Positions 1 through 9,700 of a DNA stretch of 64,000 nucleotides are shown here, one piece after another. Location of the stretch: positions 4,444 through 68,443 of the IMG/VR virus record IMGVR_UViG_3300017667_000009; one strand, given 5' to 3'. How positions within the stretch are numbered: position 1 is the stretch's first letter; the number at the start of each line of letters is the position of its first letter. The stretch comes from a virus. The notes under the pieces were generated by a model. The model saw only the letters and a list, made by a program, of their open reading frames with translations. It made no database searches and was not told the DNA's origin. The translations under genes were made by a program, and so were the position numbers.

Positions 1-1
1 T

Positions 2-412
2 GTTTGGCTTGGTGCAAGTGTTGGAAGCCCGAAAGGAATGCACCGGATTTACGATTTATTGAAAGTGCCAACTAAAGTAAGATTCCTTTCAATGGAGCCA
101 CTGCATGAGCGTGTAGATATGAATATTGATATTATTGACTTAATAAATATTCACTGGGTAATAATTGGTGGCGAAAGCGGAAATGAAAACGGTAAATACA
201 AATACCGTCCATGCAAGATTGAATGGATTGAAGAACTGATAAAAGACTTCACGCCAACTACTGCAATTTTTGTCAAGCAACTCGGCACATATCTGGCAAA
301 AGAAATGAAGTTATCAGACCGTCATGGAGGCGAGATGTCCGAATGGCCTGACCACTTACAAATTAGACAGATGCCGGTTGCTTTCAAGGCTCTTAATAAG
401 GCTTTGGTATGA
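2..412 (+). CDS. DUF5131 / phage Gp37-Gp68 family protein, 5'-truncated by window
   Basis: Frame is open from position 2 (VWLGASVG...); motifs RFLSMEPL, HWVIIGGESG and FVKQLG are typical of this family. Confidence 0.85.
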   Translation, partial: VWLGASVGSPKGMHRIYDLLKVPTKVRFLSMEPLHERVDMNIDIIDLINIHWVIIGGESGNENGKYKYRPCKIEWIEELIKDFTPTTAIFVKQLGTYLAKEMKLSDRHGGEMSEWPDHLQIRQMPVAFKALNKALV

Positions 413-729
413 GCGTTGGATTTTCGAGCGGCCTTGTTAAGTGCCTTGCCTACTGGCCACAATTACGCCAATACGTTGTTAGCGGTAAGCTGCAAGATGT
501 TATTGAGGATTGTTTGTTTGACTTCAAAAATGAAGATCAACCACTATCTGTCTGCGTGGCACAAATACTTGCAGCGTGTGCCGACACGAAGGGTGTGCAA
601 GCCAAGAGCAGCTTCCCAATGGTGTACGACAAAGCCTACGAGAAAACTATCAGCGAAGATGTAGCCAAGCTGCAACGCTACTGGGCACACCTGCGCACAC
701 TGGGCTGGAAGAAAGTAGATGGAGCCTAG
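409..729 (+). CDS. hypothetical phage protein
   Basis: 106-aa ORF, ATGA overlap with upstream gene. Confidence 0.6.
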   Translation: MSVGFSSGLVKCLAYWPQLRQYVVSGKLQDVIEDCLFDFKNEDQPLSVCVAQILAACADTKGVQAKSSFPMVYDKAYEKTISEDVAKLQRYWAHLRTLGWKKVDGA

Positions 730-752
730 ACTGAGCCAGCAAAGTTTTAAGT

Positions 753-1403
753 ATGAGAAAACTCTGGACACCAGAAGAGGTTGCGTGGCTTAAAGTCAAC
801 TATCCTGTACTGCCCATGCACAAATTGCAAGCTCACCTGAGCCGAAGCAAAGAGTCTATTTACGGGGCAGTGTACAACCTGGGTATCAAGAAATCTGCCG
901 ATTACCTGGCCTCTCCCTTCAGCGGAAGAATTACACCTGGTAAAAAGTTGGGCGGTGGCACTGTTTTCAAAAAAGGCCAAGTGCCATTCAACAAAGGCAA
1001 AAAAATAGAAACGTGGATGAAGCCCGAGATGATTGCGAAGCTAAAGAAAACTTCTTTTCAGAAAGGCCAACTACCACACAACACATTGTATGATGGTGCC
1101 ATGCGCACACGAAAAGATAAAAGTGGGCTTAGTTATCAGTATATCCGCGTTGGCAAAGCAAAGTGGGAGCTATTACATCGCCATGTGTGGCAGCAACACT
1201 ATGGCCCCATACCCGCAGGCATGGTAGTGGCCTTTAAAGATGGAAATCAAATGAACTGCCAGCCAGATAACCTAAAGCTGCTAACCTTCAATGACAATAT
1301 GCTGCGCAACAGCATACAACGATTCCCCAAAGAAGTGATAGAAGTAATCAGAGTAGTGAGTAAACTAAAACGTAAAATAAAATCCTATGAAAAACAAAAT
1401 TGA
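753..1403 (+). CDS. HNH endonuclease (HNH_3 type)
   Basis: LHRHVWQQHYGPIPAGMVVAFKDGNQMNCQPDNL motif; FKKGQVPFNKG repeats. Confidence 0.85.
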   Translation: MRKLWTPEEVAWLKVNYPVLPMHKLQAHLSRSKESIYGAVYNLGIKKSADYLASPFSGRITPGKKLGGGTVFKKGQVPFNKGKKIETWMKPEMIAKLKKTSFQKGQLPHNTLYDGAMRTRKDKSGLSYQYIRVGKAKWELLHRHVWQQHYGPIPAGMVVAFKDGNQMNCQPDNLKLLTFNDNMLRNSIQRFPKEVIEVIRVVSKLKRKIKSYEKQN

Positions 1404-1620
1404 AGACCTGCGCAACCATATGTTTGCCGCCATTGAAGAGCTGCAAGAACTAGATTCACAAGACAAAGAAACGCGCAAAGCCGCAATCGATAAGGCCAAA
1501 GCGATAGCAAGTCTTGGCAGCGTGATTGTAAACTCGGTAAAGACAGAAGTAGATTTCTTCCGTGCCGGTGGCAAAAAGAATATGGAGGTGATGGGAAAAG
1601 AGGTGCAACAGTTGGAATAA
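1387..1620 (+). CDS. hypothetical phage protein
   Basis: 77-aa ORF (MKNKIEDLRNHMF) overlapping the HNH gene end. Confidence 0.7.
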   Translation: MKNKIEDLRNHMFAAIEELQELDSQDKETRKAAIDKAKAIASLGSVIVNSVKTEVDFFRAGGKKNMEVMGKEVQQLE

Positions 1621-1695
1621 TGAACTTGAATTACCGATAACGTAGTAGCGTGTTTACGTTCGGTTTGCAATTTGAAAAACTAAAATAATTCAAGA

Positions 1696-1977
1696 ATGAA
1701 AACAAAAGAAGAAGTACTAGACGAGATTTTTTTTAAACCAGAAGTTGCTGATTGGTACAAACCAGTTTTGAAAGCAATGGAACAATATGCGGCACAGTTT
1801 AAGCAAACTGACGTAAACCCGCCTGTTATGCAAGCCGAAGGGTCGGACGTGAGCGAGGGGGCGGCAGTTGCCAGCAGTGCGGTGGGAAAAGGCGTGTGCG
1901 GTGGCTTAGATCATGATTACTACATTACAGATGATGGATTTGGTAAATGCACAAGATGTGGTAAATATGATATTTGA
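1696..1977 (+). CDS. hypothetical cassette-like protein with C-terminal Cys/His (zinc-finger-like) module
   Basis: 93-aa ORF reading through a palindrome arm; ends C..H...CTRC. Confidence 0.6.
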   Translation: MKTKEEVLDEIFFKPEVADWYKPVLKAMEQYAAQFKQTDVNPPVMQAEGSDVSEGAAVASSAVGKGVCGGLDHDYYITDDGFGKCTRCGKYDI

Positions 1978-2088
1978 GCGTGGCCTCCGTGCCAGCAGCC
2001 TTTTATCGGTCGTGCTGGCAATTGTGCATAATGAACAAATATTAGCGTTCGTTTGGCCTTATGTAAAAATTAAAAAAGAAGAAAATAT

Positions 2089-2382
2089 ATGAAGATGAAA
2101 GCAATGGCAAGTTTACTACCGCTCTATTTAGCAATGAGCGGGATGGATTATCCAGCAAAAGATGATAGCGGTAAAAGGATGCGAGATGAAGCAAGTCTAT
2201 ACGCTATGGTTAAGGAGTACAATCTTATTAAGAAAAAGCAAAGTAAGCTCTCACGCGCAAAACGTGATTATATAACGCAGCGTATAGACTTGCTGATTGA
2301 ACAGGGTAAACTTGTTAGAACAGAAAGCGGGGAGGCTTCTTTTTTAATTTTTACAGCAGAAAATAAAGAACAATCCAAATGA
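2089..2382 (+). CDS. hypothetical cassette-like protein
   Basis: 97-aa ORF lying between inverted arms 2029-2056 and 2375-2398. Confidence 0.65.
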   Translation: MKMKAMASLLPLYLAMSGMDYPAKDDSGKRMRDEASLYAMVKEYNLIKKKQSKLSRAKRDYITQRIDLLIEQGKLVRTESGEASFLIFTAENKEQSK

Positions 2383-2529
2383 TGCTAATATGTTGTTATC
2401 GGTTCGGTTTGCGGGCGCGGTGGGCAGCCAAAGAAAAAGCCTCCGTGCGCTTTGGCTGATCGTGGGAAGCAAACTGACCGATAACAATGTTATATCGGAG
2501 ACTGCTTTTTAACAGGCGTTTAAAAACGG

Positions 2530-3141
2530 CTATTTTACTAGTATAGTGTTAATTGAATCGACCTTAATCAATCGGTTTAAATTAGTTACCTGCCCCGTAA
2601 ACTGCCATCTGCTCCATTGCAATTTTAAAAACCAATTTTTCGGCCTCGATCTAGTTACGATCACATAGTAGCGATCTCTTATTTCTATCTTTGGCGTGTC
2701 AAGTACGGTAGCCTCGATGTGGTTGTATGAATCTTTGTAAAGGTATTTAAAGGCTCTGATCGAATCTTGGCAAGGTATATAGACCGTGTCCCTTAGTATT
2801 TTGTTTTCAGGCGCAAAGAATGAATCAAAGGTCGAAGCAGATTGGGTGTTTTTATGGTTCCTAAATTTCTTGATCCACGCCAGATCGTTCGACTCCAAAG
2901 CCTTTTTAAAGTTTGCCCGATCCAAAGAAATAGCATTCGACATAGTAACTAAATCACCTTCTGCATTAACATACTTTGTGCTTATAGTTTTAAAATTGCT
3001 CTGGGCTGCATCAGCTCGCTTCTCCGCTTCTATTTTTTGCACCCGTTGCGAGTTACCCCACTGGAATAAAAACCAAATAGTGGCCAAAAGAACGCCTATT
3101 GCAGCGAGTTTCCAGTTGCGGATTAAAAATTCTTGTATCAT
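2530..3141 (-). CDS. putative spanin/Rz-like lysis protein
   Basis: N-terminal TM helix plus coiled coil, directly downstream of endolysin. Confidence 0.55.
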   Translation of the reverse strand: MIQEFLIRNWKLAAIGVLLATIWFLFQWGNSQRVQKIEAEKRADAAQSNFKTISTKYVNAEGDLVTMSNAISLDRANFKKALESNDLAWIKKFRNHKNTQSASTFDSFFAPENKILRDTVYIPCQDSIRAFKYLYKDSYNHIEATVLDTPKIEIRDRYYVIVTRSRPKNWFLKLQWSRWQFTGQVTNLNRLIKVDSINTILVK

Positions 3142-3572
3142 GTTGTAAAATAAAGTTTAACCTCCTTTTCACGTCTGACTATTATTTCCGGGGGTTTGTT
3201 GAATCTCAAGAAAGCCTCCCTAATTGTTGGATCGTTTGGGTTAGCGTTGATCCTTTTTAAAAGAGTTGATCGTTGAAGGTTTCCAACGCCTACGTTGTAA
3301 GTGAACGAAACCAAAGCGTTAAATTGGTTTTGTGTAAGTTTGCTTTTTACCAAATCATTAACCTGATCCTCAAAGTAAGAAAGAGTAATTTTAAACAACT
3401 CGTTAGCCGTTTCTTTTGTCAACGGTTTATCCTGCATGGTTACTTTTTTGCCGTTAGGATAATAGGTGTTTCCATATCCGATAGTTGGGATGCCTACCGT
3501 GTCCAAGTACGGTTTTGATCGGTAGCCTTCGCGCTCGTGCAGGAAGTCTATTCCTGCTTGGTCAACCTTCAT
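3138..3572 (-). CDS. endolysin, GH24 lysozyme
   Basis: EG..Y.D..G.PTIGYG catalytic motif, QNQFNALVSFTYNVG, RREKE; ATG at 3572 preferred over TTG 3581. Confidence 0.95.
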   Translation of the reverse strand: MKVDQAGIDFLHEREGYRSKPYLDTVGIPTIGYGNTYYPNGKKVTMQDKPLTKETANELFKITLSYFEDQVNDLVKSKLTQNQFNALVSFTYNVGVGNLQRSTLLKRINANPNDPTIREAFLRFNKPPEIIVRREKEVKLYFTT

Positions 3573-3648
3573 CGTTATCAAATTGATTGTAAAACCATTT
3601 TAAAGCTAAAACAACTGCAAGTACCCAGAAGGTAATTAACCATATCAT
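3562..3648 (-). CDS. 28-aa single-TM peptide (not in ORF track)
   Basis: MIWLITFWVLAVVLALKWFYNQFDNDEG; ATGA overlap with holin stop, overlaps endolysin start. Confidence 0.55.
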   Translation of the reverse strand: MIWLITFWVLAVVLALKWFYNQFDNDEG

Positions 3649-3965
3649 TTCTTAAATATCTTTATCAAAACGTCTAGCACAGAATTAAAACTAATCCTGT
3701 AAAGGACATACTCACCAATCTTTTCGCCTGATATTGCAATAACCCCTATAATTAAAGGTTGCATTTCGTGACTAAAAGCCCCAGAAACATAGTCGCTAAA
3801 AAGGTAAGCCGATCCTATGCCTGTGATGAAACTTGAAATAGCTACCCCAAAAGTAATTTTGTTTTTTCTTGACTGGACTGCCAGCTTTATGGAGATTGCC
3901 ACCATCGCCCAAATCAAAGGCTTTAAAACCCATGTTTTAACCTCTTGGTTTAAGTTCTCTAACAT
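3645..3965 (-). CDS. putative holin
   Basis: About 3 hydrophobic segments, basic C-terminus, upstream of endolysin. Confidence 0.6.
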   Translation of the reverse strand: MLENLNQEVKTWVLKPLIWAMVAISIKLAVQSRKNKITFGVAISSFITGIGSAYLFSDYVSGAFSHEMQPLIIGVIAISGEKIGEYVLYRISFNSVLDVLIKIFKK

Positions 3966-4287
3966 AGGTGTAAATGGCTATAAATAATGACAAAAATATT
4001 AAAACCACATCGCTTTTAAGATACCAAGTTATGCCTATTAGTTTGTCTATTGCGCTGCCAAAAGAAATGCAAAACATAAAACAGGCAACGGCTCTCATAA
4101 TCTTTTCTGATAGTAAGAACGTCAATAAAAAGAAAGCCGCAAACATTAGCTCATAGACTCTGTTTCTGCTTGCTATAAAAGCAATGTATTGATCGTAATC
4201 CGTTGAGACGTTCGGATATACCCAACCCAATACTATTGAGTTGAGTAGATACGAAAGCCCTAAAAGTATAAGAATTGTTAATCTCAT
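3937..4287 (-). CDS. multi-TM membrane protein in lysis cassette
   Basis: Four hydrophobic segments. Confidence 0.6.
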   Translation of the reverse strand: MRLTILILLGLSYLLNSIVLGWVYPNVSTDYDQYIAFIASRNRVYELMFAAFFLLTFLLSEKIMRAVACFMFCISFGSAIDKLIGITWYLKSDVVLIFLSLFIAIYTYVRELKPRG

Positions 4288-4373
4288 CTCTTACCTTTTG
4301 GCGGTGGTGTTGGATCGGGGTTTACGGTGTCAGGCGTTAAAACTTTCTTTTTTGGTTTGTTTTTCTTTGCCAT
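4284..4373 (-). CDS. 29-aa Lys/Pro-rich peptide (not in ORF track)
   Basis: MAKKNKPKKKVLTPDTVNPDPTPPPKGKR; fills the gap, ATGA overlap with next gene. Confidence 0.45.
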   Translation of the reverse strand: MAKKNKPKKKVLTPDTVNPDPTPPPKGKR

Positions 4374-4384
4374 ATAGTTTTAAT

Positions 4385-4741
4385 TTATTTTTGTTCGTCT
4401 ATTTTCTTGTTCGCAATGTCGACCGCTTTACCTAGTGCCTTGTAGACTATTGCCTGACCTCCGTAACCGATTACTAAAGCCCCGCCAAAGAATGACAGGT
4501 CTAAGTATTCGAAGCCGATTACACTCGGGGGCGCATAGTTTAAAGTAACAAAGTAAAACAGTCCATAAGCGGCCATGATCCACAAAGAGATAAAAACCGT
4601 TATCCTGTCTGTTTTCCAGAACAGTTTGAACACGTCCTCAAGGGTATCGTCTGGATATAGTTTATCCAGTACAAGGACTTTTTGCCATGCGTTAAATCCG
4701 ATTCCTAGAATCTGAATGATGAAAATTAGTAGATGCTCCAT
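4385..4741 (-). CDS. holin-like membrane protein
   Basis: Three hydrophobic segments, charged C-terminus. Confidence 0.55.
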   Translation of the reverse strand: MEHLLIFIIQILGIGFNAWQKVLVLDKLYPDDTLEDVFKLFWKTDRITVFISLWIMAAYGLFYFVTLNYAPPSVIGFEYLDLSFFGGALVIGYGGQAIVYKALGKAVDIANKKIDEQK

Positions 4742-4753
4742 TTTTAGTTAATG

Positions 4754-5200
4754 TTAAGGTAGCGGACTCCATGAAGGTCTGTTTCCGAAAAATTCTACCT
4801 CCTTAGCGTCTGCCGCTAACTGGAGGTCTGCTGTAAGCTCCGCCCCTGTTTTATCGCTTTGAGTTGATGTTGAAACTTCTGCAACAGCGTTTTCAACAGT
4901 GCATGATGTAACTAGATTATAAAGTGTTTTTGACTCGTCTTCTGGAAATGGTCCGACAACCTCAACTTGCCACGTTCCGTTTCTGTTAGTGTCCTGAGTT
5001 GTGAAATCTGAATTTGTCTTGATAGCATTTTCCCAGTTTGATGTATGTGTATCAACAGCATCAGAAAACGCCTGACTTGGATAAGGAGTAGCGGTTACCC
5101 ACTGGCTGTTTTCACTAGCACTGTGGTTTACATCGATTACTACATTTAGGTTGTAGGGAATGATTGGTGTTCCCTCAGATACAATTGTGAAAGTTGCCAT
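4754..5200 (-). CDS. hypothetical virion-associated protein
   Basis: Acidic Thr/Ser-rich 148-aa ORF at the end of the fibre operon. Confidence 0.55.
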   Translation of the reverse strand: MATFTIVSEGTPIIPYNLNVVIDVNHSASENSQWVTATPYPSQAFSDAVDTHTSNWENAIKTNSDFTTQDTNRNGTWQVEVVGPFPEDESKTLYNLVTSCTVENAVAEVSTSTQSDKTGAELTADLQLAADAKEVEFFGNRPSWSPLP

Positions 5201-5213
5201 AGTTTTATTTTTT

Positions 5214-6719
5214 TTAGTTGTGTATAGTGAATCCGGTTACATCGTTCAAGGTAATTGCGGTGTTATCAGTCGTACCCCTACCTCCAGTTATTGCTACCGT
5301 GATAGCTGTTCCAAAAGCAATACCTCCTTCAAAAGAGATAAACACAGGGTTACTGCTCAATGGTATTGGAATGTCAAGAGTTGCTGGTGTAGTCCCCAAT
5401 GTCGGGGTTACAACGTTAAAAACTTTTAAATAACGCGTTGCTGCATTTGAATTAACCAGTAAAAACCCTATCAATCTACCTGCTGTGCCTTTCACAGTTT
5501 GAACCGCTGGGGTCGCTGGAGAATTTAAAACCGTTGGTGTACCTGCTCCAGTTGCAGATGCACGATATTGAATACCTACGTCACCAATGGCGTTAGTCCC
5601 TGTCGCTAGTGATCCAGTTCCAATGTTAGCGGTTACTGTTCCCGATGAAATAGTAACCGGATTAGTTGTTGACCGTAGTATTTCCACGGGAAGTGCTGTA
5701 CTAACTCCCATAGGTCTAACATCCTGAATTGAAACATCTGTATTAGCGTAGTTAGAAACACTTACAAATCCTATCGTCCAAGTCGTTGCCGTTGGTGCTG
5801 TTGATCCGTTAGCAATTCTTATTTGAAGCCTTAGATTTACATCGTCAGGAATATTTTCAACCCTTGTCGCTCTTACGCTTTGTTGAATAGTAGCAGCACT
5901 AGCAACTAACTGATCGGCAAAAGTTGCTACTAAATCATTTCCTGTAATAACTGCTATGTGACCAGGTGAAGCGGTTGTGTTGATCGTTGGAGATGAAACG
6001 CCTGTCGCATAGCCTTTCCGTTGCGTGTCAAAGTTTGCAACCGTGGCCGTTGCGCCCGTGTAGTGTAGCTGATAGTAACTCCAACCAAAAGCTGAACAAG
6101 TCCCTGTGCCTGCGGCAAAACCTGAAACAGTAAATGTTATGTTGTCCCCGCTTACAGATGCAATAGGGTAGCGTCCAGAAAGGAATGTTCCTGTTCCTGA
6201 AAACAAACCTAAATACATCGACTGCCCTACGTTTTCAGAAGTAAATCCGTGACTGCCAGTAAATGTTACTGTAATCGCTGTCGCTGAACTTATGGTATAG
6301 GTTAGCCCATCACCAATTACATCTACTAATTCAACAAAAAAGTTATTGTTTGCATTACGTTGTGATAGCGTTGATCTAGCTCTTACTCTTACACCGCCTT
6401 GCCATGAATCGTTTGAACGGATAATAGTTTCGCTTCGTGCTGTTGTTCCTGCTAAAACTATCAAGTTTCCACCAGTTTGATCTACATCCATCCCAGCCCC
6501 AATGCCTCCAACAATTGTTCCCCATTCAGAGTCTACCGAGTTGCTTAATGTTTTTGTAAATCCAATACGATCAATTTCTTGAGGGGCTTGCCTTACAACT
6601 ATGCCAACTTCGTCACCTTGTGGTGGCGTGTTTAGTCTAGTTCCGGCTCCGTTGTAAGGTGGCCCCGCTTGACCAAATGCAGCCGTTGAGATTAAAAGAA
6701 AGAAAAGTATTTTTTTCAT
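5214..6719 (-). CDS. beta-rich fibre/structural protein with N-terminal Sec signal peptide
   Basis: MKKILFFLLISTAAFG/Q; Gly/Thr/Ala-rich; located in the fibre cluster. Confidence 0.65.
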   Translation of the reverse strand: MKKILFFLLISTAAFGQAGPPYNGAGTRLNTPPQGDEVGIVVRQAPQEIDRIGFTKTLSNSVDSEWGTIVGGIGAGMDVDQTGGNLIVLAGTTARSETIIRSNDSWQGGVRVRARSTLSQRNANNNFFVELVDVIGDGLTYTISSATAITVTFTGSHGFTSENVGQSMYLGLFSGTGTFLSGRYPIASVSGDNITFTVSGFAAGTGTCSAFGWSYYQLHYTGATATVANFDTQRKGYATGVSSPTINTTASPGHIAVITGNDLVATFADQLVASAATIQQSVRATRVENIPDDVNLRLQIRIANGSTAPTATTWTIGFVSVSNYANTDVSIQDVRPMGVSTALPVEILRSTTNPVTISSGTVTANIGTGSLATGTNAIGDVGIQYRASATGAGTPTVLNSPATPAVQTVKGTAGRLIGFLLVNSNAATRYLKVFNVVTPTLGTTPATLDIPIPLSSNPVFISFEGGIAFGTAITVAITGGRGTTDNTAITLNDVTGFTIHN

Positions 6720-6726
6720 TTGTTAG

Positions 6727-9700
6727 TTAGTTAGTTATAATCCATCTTCCATCGATTTGCTCCATGTGGCATGGAACGTTATAAAGTAATTCAGTTACTA
6801 CCGTTACGCGATCTGCTAGGTAAACAGTCGCACCCGTGAAGCTCCAAACTCTTGTATCTTCCGTATTGTAGAACTTCATTACATCTCCATTTGAACCCGT
6901 TGGAATAGTTATCACTCGGTTAGTGCTTGCAACCCCGTCTAAAATGTTGTGAACTCCGTTAATCGTTGCCGTAAAGTTCGCGTCCGTGGCGTTGGCTACA
7001 AGTGTGTTTGGTGCGTAATAGGTTCCGCCTGCCCCACCAGTCATTGCATACTCGGTAGTTCCTGTCCACCAGTACGGTTTACTATCACTTGATTTTACAA
7101 ACATTACTCCACCACCTGTTACAGATGTTGATGGATTAGTTGTTGCATGATCAAAGTACAATGTTTTTACACCGCCTCCATAAGATGCTGGTGAATAAGG
7201 TCTGAATAGACTAATGTTACCATCAGCTTCTATTATTTGTCTTACATTACTAACAGTAGCAAAGGCTAGTTTTTGACCAGCAGAAAGTGTATATAATGTT
7301 AATGAATTTGCGCCAGGGGTTCCTAAAAGAGTGGTATTAGTAGAAGATGTAAAAACAAGACCCCCACTATTGTTAGATATGTCATTCCCTATAAGCAATC
7401 CATTAGCTGCACTTGATCCGCTATTTGGATTAATAATATTTACATAACTTGCATTATTAACTGAACTTCCAAAAGAATTAATTGTTCCTGTTGCTGTTAT
7501 GTTTCCGTTTATTATACTTTGGGGTAGATTGGCGACACTAGCAGATATACCAAAATCAAAGGCTACAACACTGTAATTGTCAAAAGTAAATATTGTGGGT
7601 GCTGATGCGGTTCCTGCGGTTCCTAACCCTGCGCCCGTACCAGTTTGAGCGGTGCCTGATGTCCCAGTACCTATAAGGGTTTCGTCAGAAAATACCCTAA
7701 AGGAAGTACCGTTAGCCTCCACACGAACCGTATGAGGAAAAGAGTCATTTGGGAGTGCCGTTGTAAAAGTTCCAAAAGTGGTATTTACACCACCGACAAT
7801 ATTATTAAATGTGCATCCAGCAAGTGATCTTGAAAGATTTATTACTACGAAGTTACTTGAGTTTGTCCACTTTAAATAAAATTGAGCAATATCTAAAGCC
7901 GATGCCGCCGAAACACTAACGGTAACCTTTAACGTCACGTTTGTAAATCCTGCGTCCGCAATAGTAAACCAATTGTTCGTGGGCGGGTTTGGTGTTTTTG
8001 GTATAAGTCTCCCGTTTTGAATTTCCCAAACAGAAGTGTTTTGATTTACAAAAGCCGCTCCAAGCTCTGGAGTGTAACTTGAAAGTAATGTCCCGTTTGG
8101 GGCTGTAAATGATGAAACATTATACTCTACTGGCGATGACGTTGATCCAAAAACAGTTCCATCTCCTTTACTTGATGTAATCGTTCCGCTACCGGATGAA
8201 ATAATCTTACCAGTATACCCAGACAAAAACAGACTTTTTAAGACCTTACCAGTGCCTATTAAAAAAGTCCCCTCACCCGTTGATGGGTATGAGTGTTTTA
8301 TACCCGTGGCTTTGATGTAGTCTATTTGTCCGTTAGAATAATCAATTAAGTTATCAATGTGATCAGCTAATATATTGTCTAACCTTAGTGTTGAGATGTA
8401 ACCTCCATTAGTTGAGTTTAGCTTTAACAACGGTGCGGTAATTGTTGTTAATGATTGTGTTATATTAGAATTAGATATGGATAAGTTTTTGACAAATCCA
8501 GACACATCTATAACAGGTAAGTTATCAACACCTCCGGTTATTTGGAGATTCTCGATAGACATATTTTCAACATTAGAATTCCTTTCAATTATAAATGTTG
8601 GAAATGTATTGGCAGTAAAATTACTTCTGGATATGTTCTTAAAAACAATGTTAGATACATTCCCTCCTATCGTATAGTAAGTACTTTTATAATTCAAACC
8701 TATGCGTGGTGTTACCTCTAGTGATGAGTTTTCAATGGTAACGTCACTTATATACCCTGGCCCTATATTATTGGGGCAACCATCATTCCAGTTACTAATG
8801 TTAAAACCATATACAGTCGTTATCCCCTTTATGTTTGATATTGTTATTCTCTTTACGGCTGACCCAGATGATAAAAGTCTAAATCCAAATTCACTACCAG
8901 GAAGTAGTGTTACATTTCTTATATCAACATCGGTAATATCTCCAAACGTTGCATATGGATCGTAAGTAGGTACTCCCGCGGCAGCGCACATTCCTGCGGT
9001 GTTTGTTGATTGCCACGCGTCATCAGCATTTAAGGCTACCGCGTCATCACTGGCTTTTATCTGCGCGTCTCTTACATAGCCGTATTTGCTGGGGCCGCTA
9101 ATATGTATTCCATCCTTTCTAAACAAAACGGTTTGGGTTTGAGATGGTGTCCAATCAATTAGAACATCACTTACAGACCAATAATCACAGTTCATAAACC
9201 AAACAGCAAATGTTACATTGCTTAGAATTGTAGCTCCTGAAATTCCTAAGTGATCTACCCCCACCATTTTAAACGGTACTAACCATCCTTGAGCGGTTGT
9301 TTCTGATAGACTTTGAGAACCTCTATTGTGATTAATGATGTAATTGTTTCCAAGAAAATAAATATCGTGATCTATGTGCGTTGTTGATGCTGTGGGATTT
9401 GCATTTTGAAAAATATTTGCGTTCATCCCATTTCTCGCAATAACACCCGCATTAGCCGAAAATATTATCGTGGTGTTAGACTTGACTGTTAGCGTAGAGC
9501 TTATGGAATATTTGCCATCCCAGTAGACAGTTATAGGATTAGTTTCTGAAGCATTGTTTAAAATTGTTTGAAGGACTGTGGTATTGTCAGTTCCATAAGT
9601 CACACTACCTTCAGTTAATACCGCGTCAGATATAGCTCCCTCTGTGGATGTGTAGTAAACTTGATTATTTACTAAAACCCTTCCAGTAAAATTAGGTAAT

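Larger units (their letters stand above)
1634..2485. repeat. array of interlocking attC-like imperfect inverted repeats enclosing small ORFs
   Basis: Arm pairs 1638-1668/1803-1828, 1825-1876/2013-2032, 2029-2056/2375-2398, 2395-2412/2469-2485; TAAC/GTTA cores and single extra T. Confidence 0.75.

Noticed and set aside
1634-2485. CRISPR array
   Set aside because: Repeats are divergent inverted arms with gene-sized, unequal spacing; no identical direct repeats and no cas genes.
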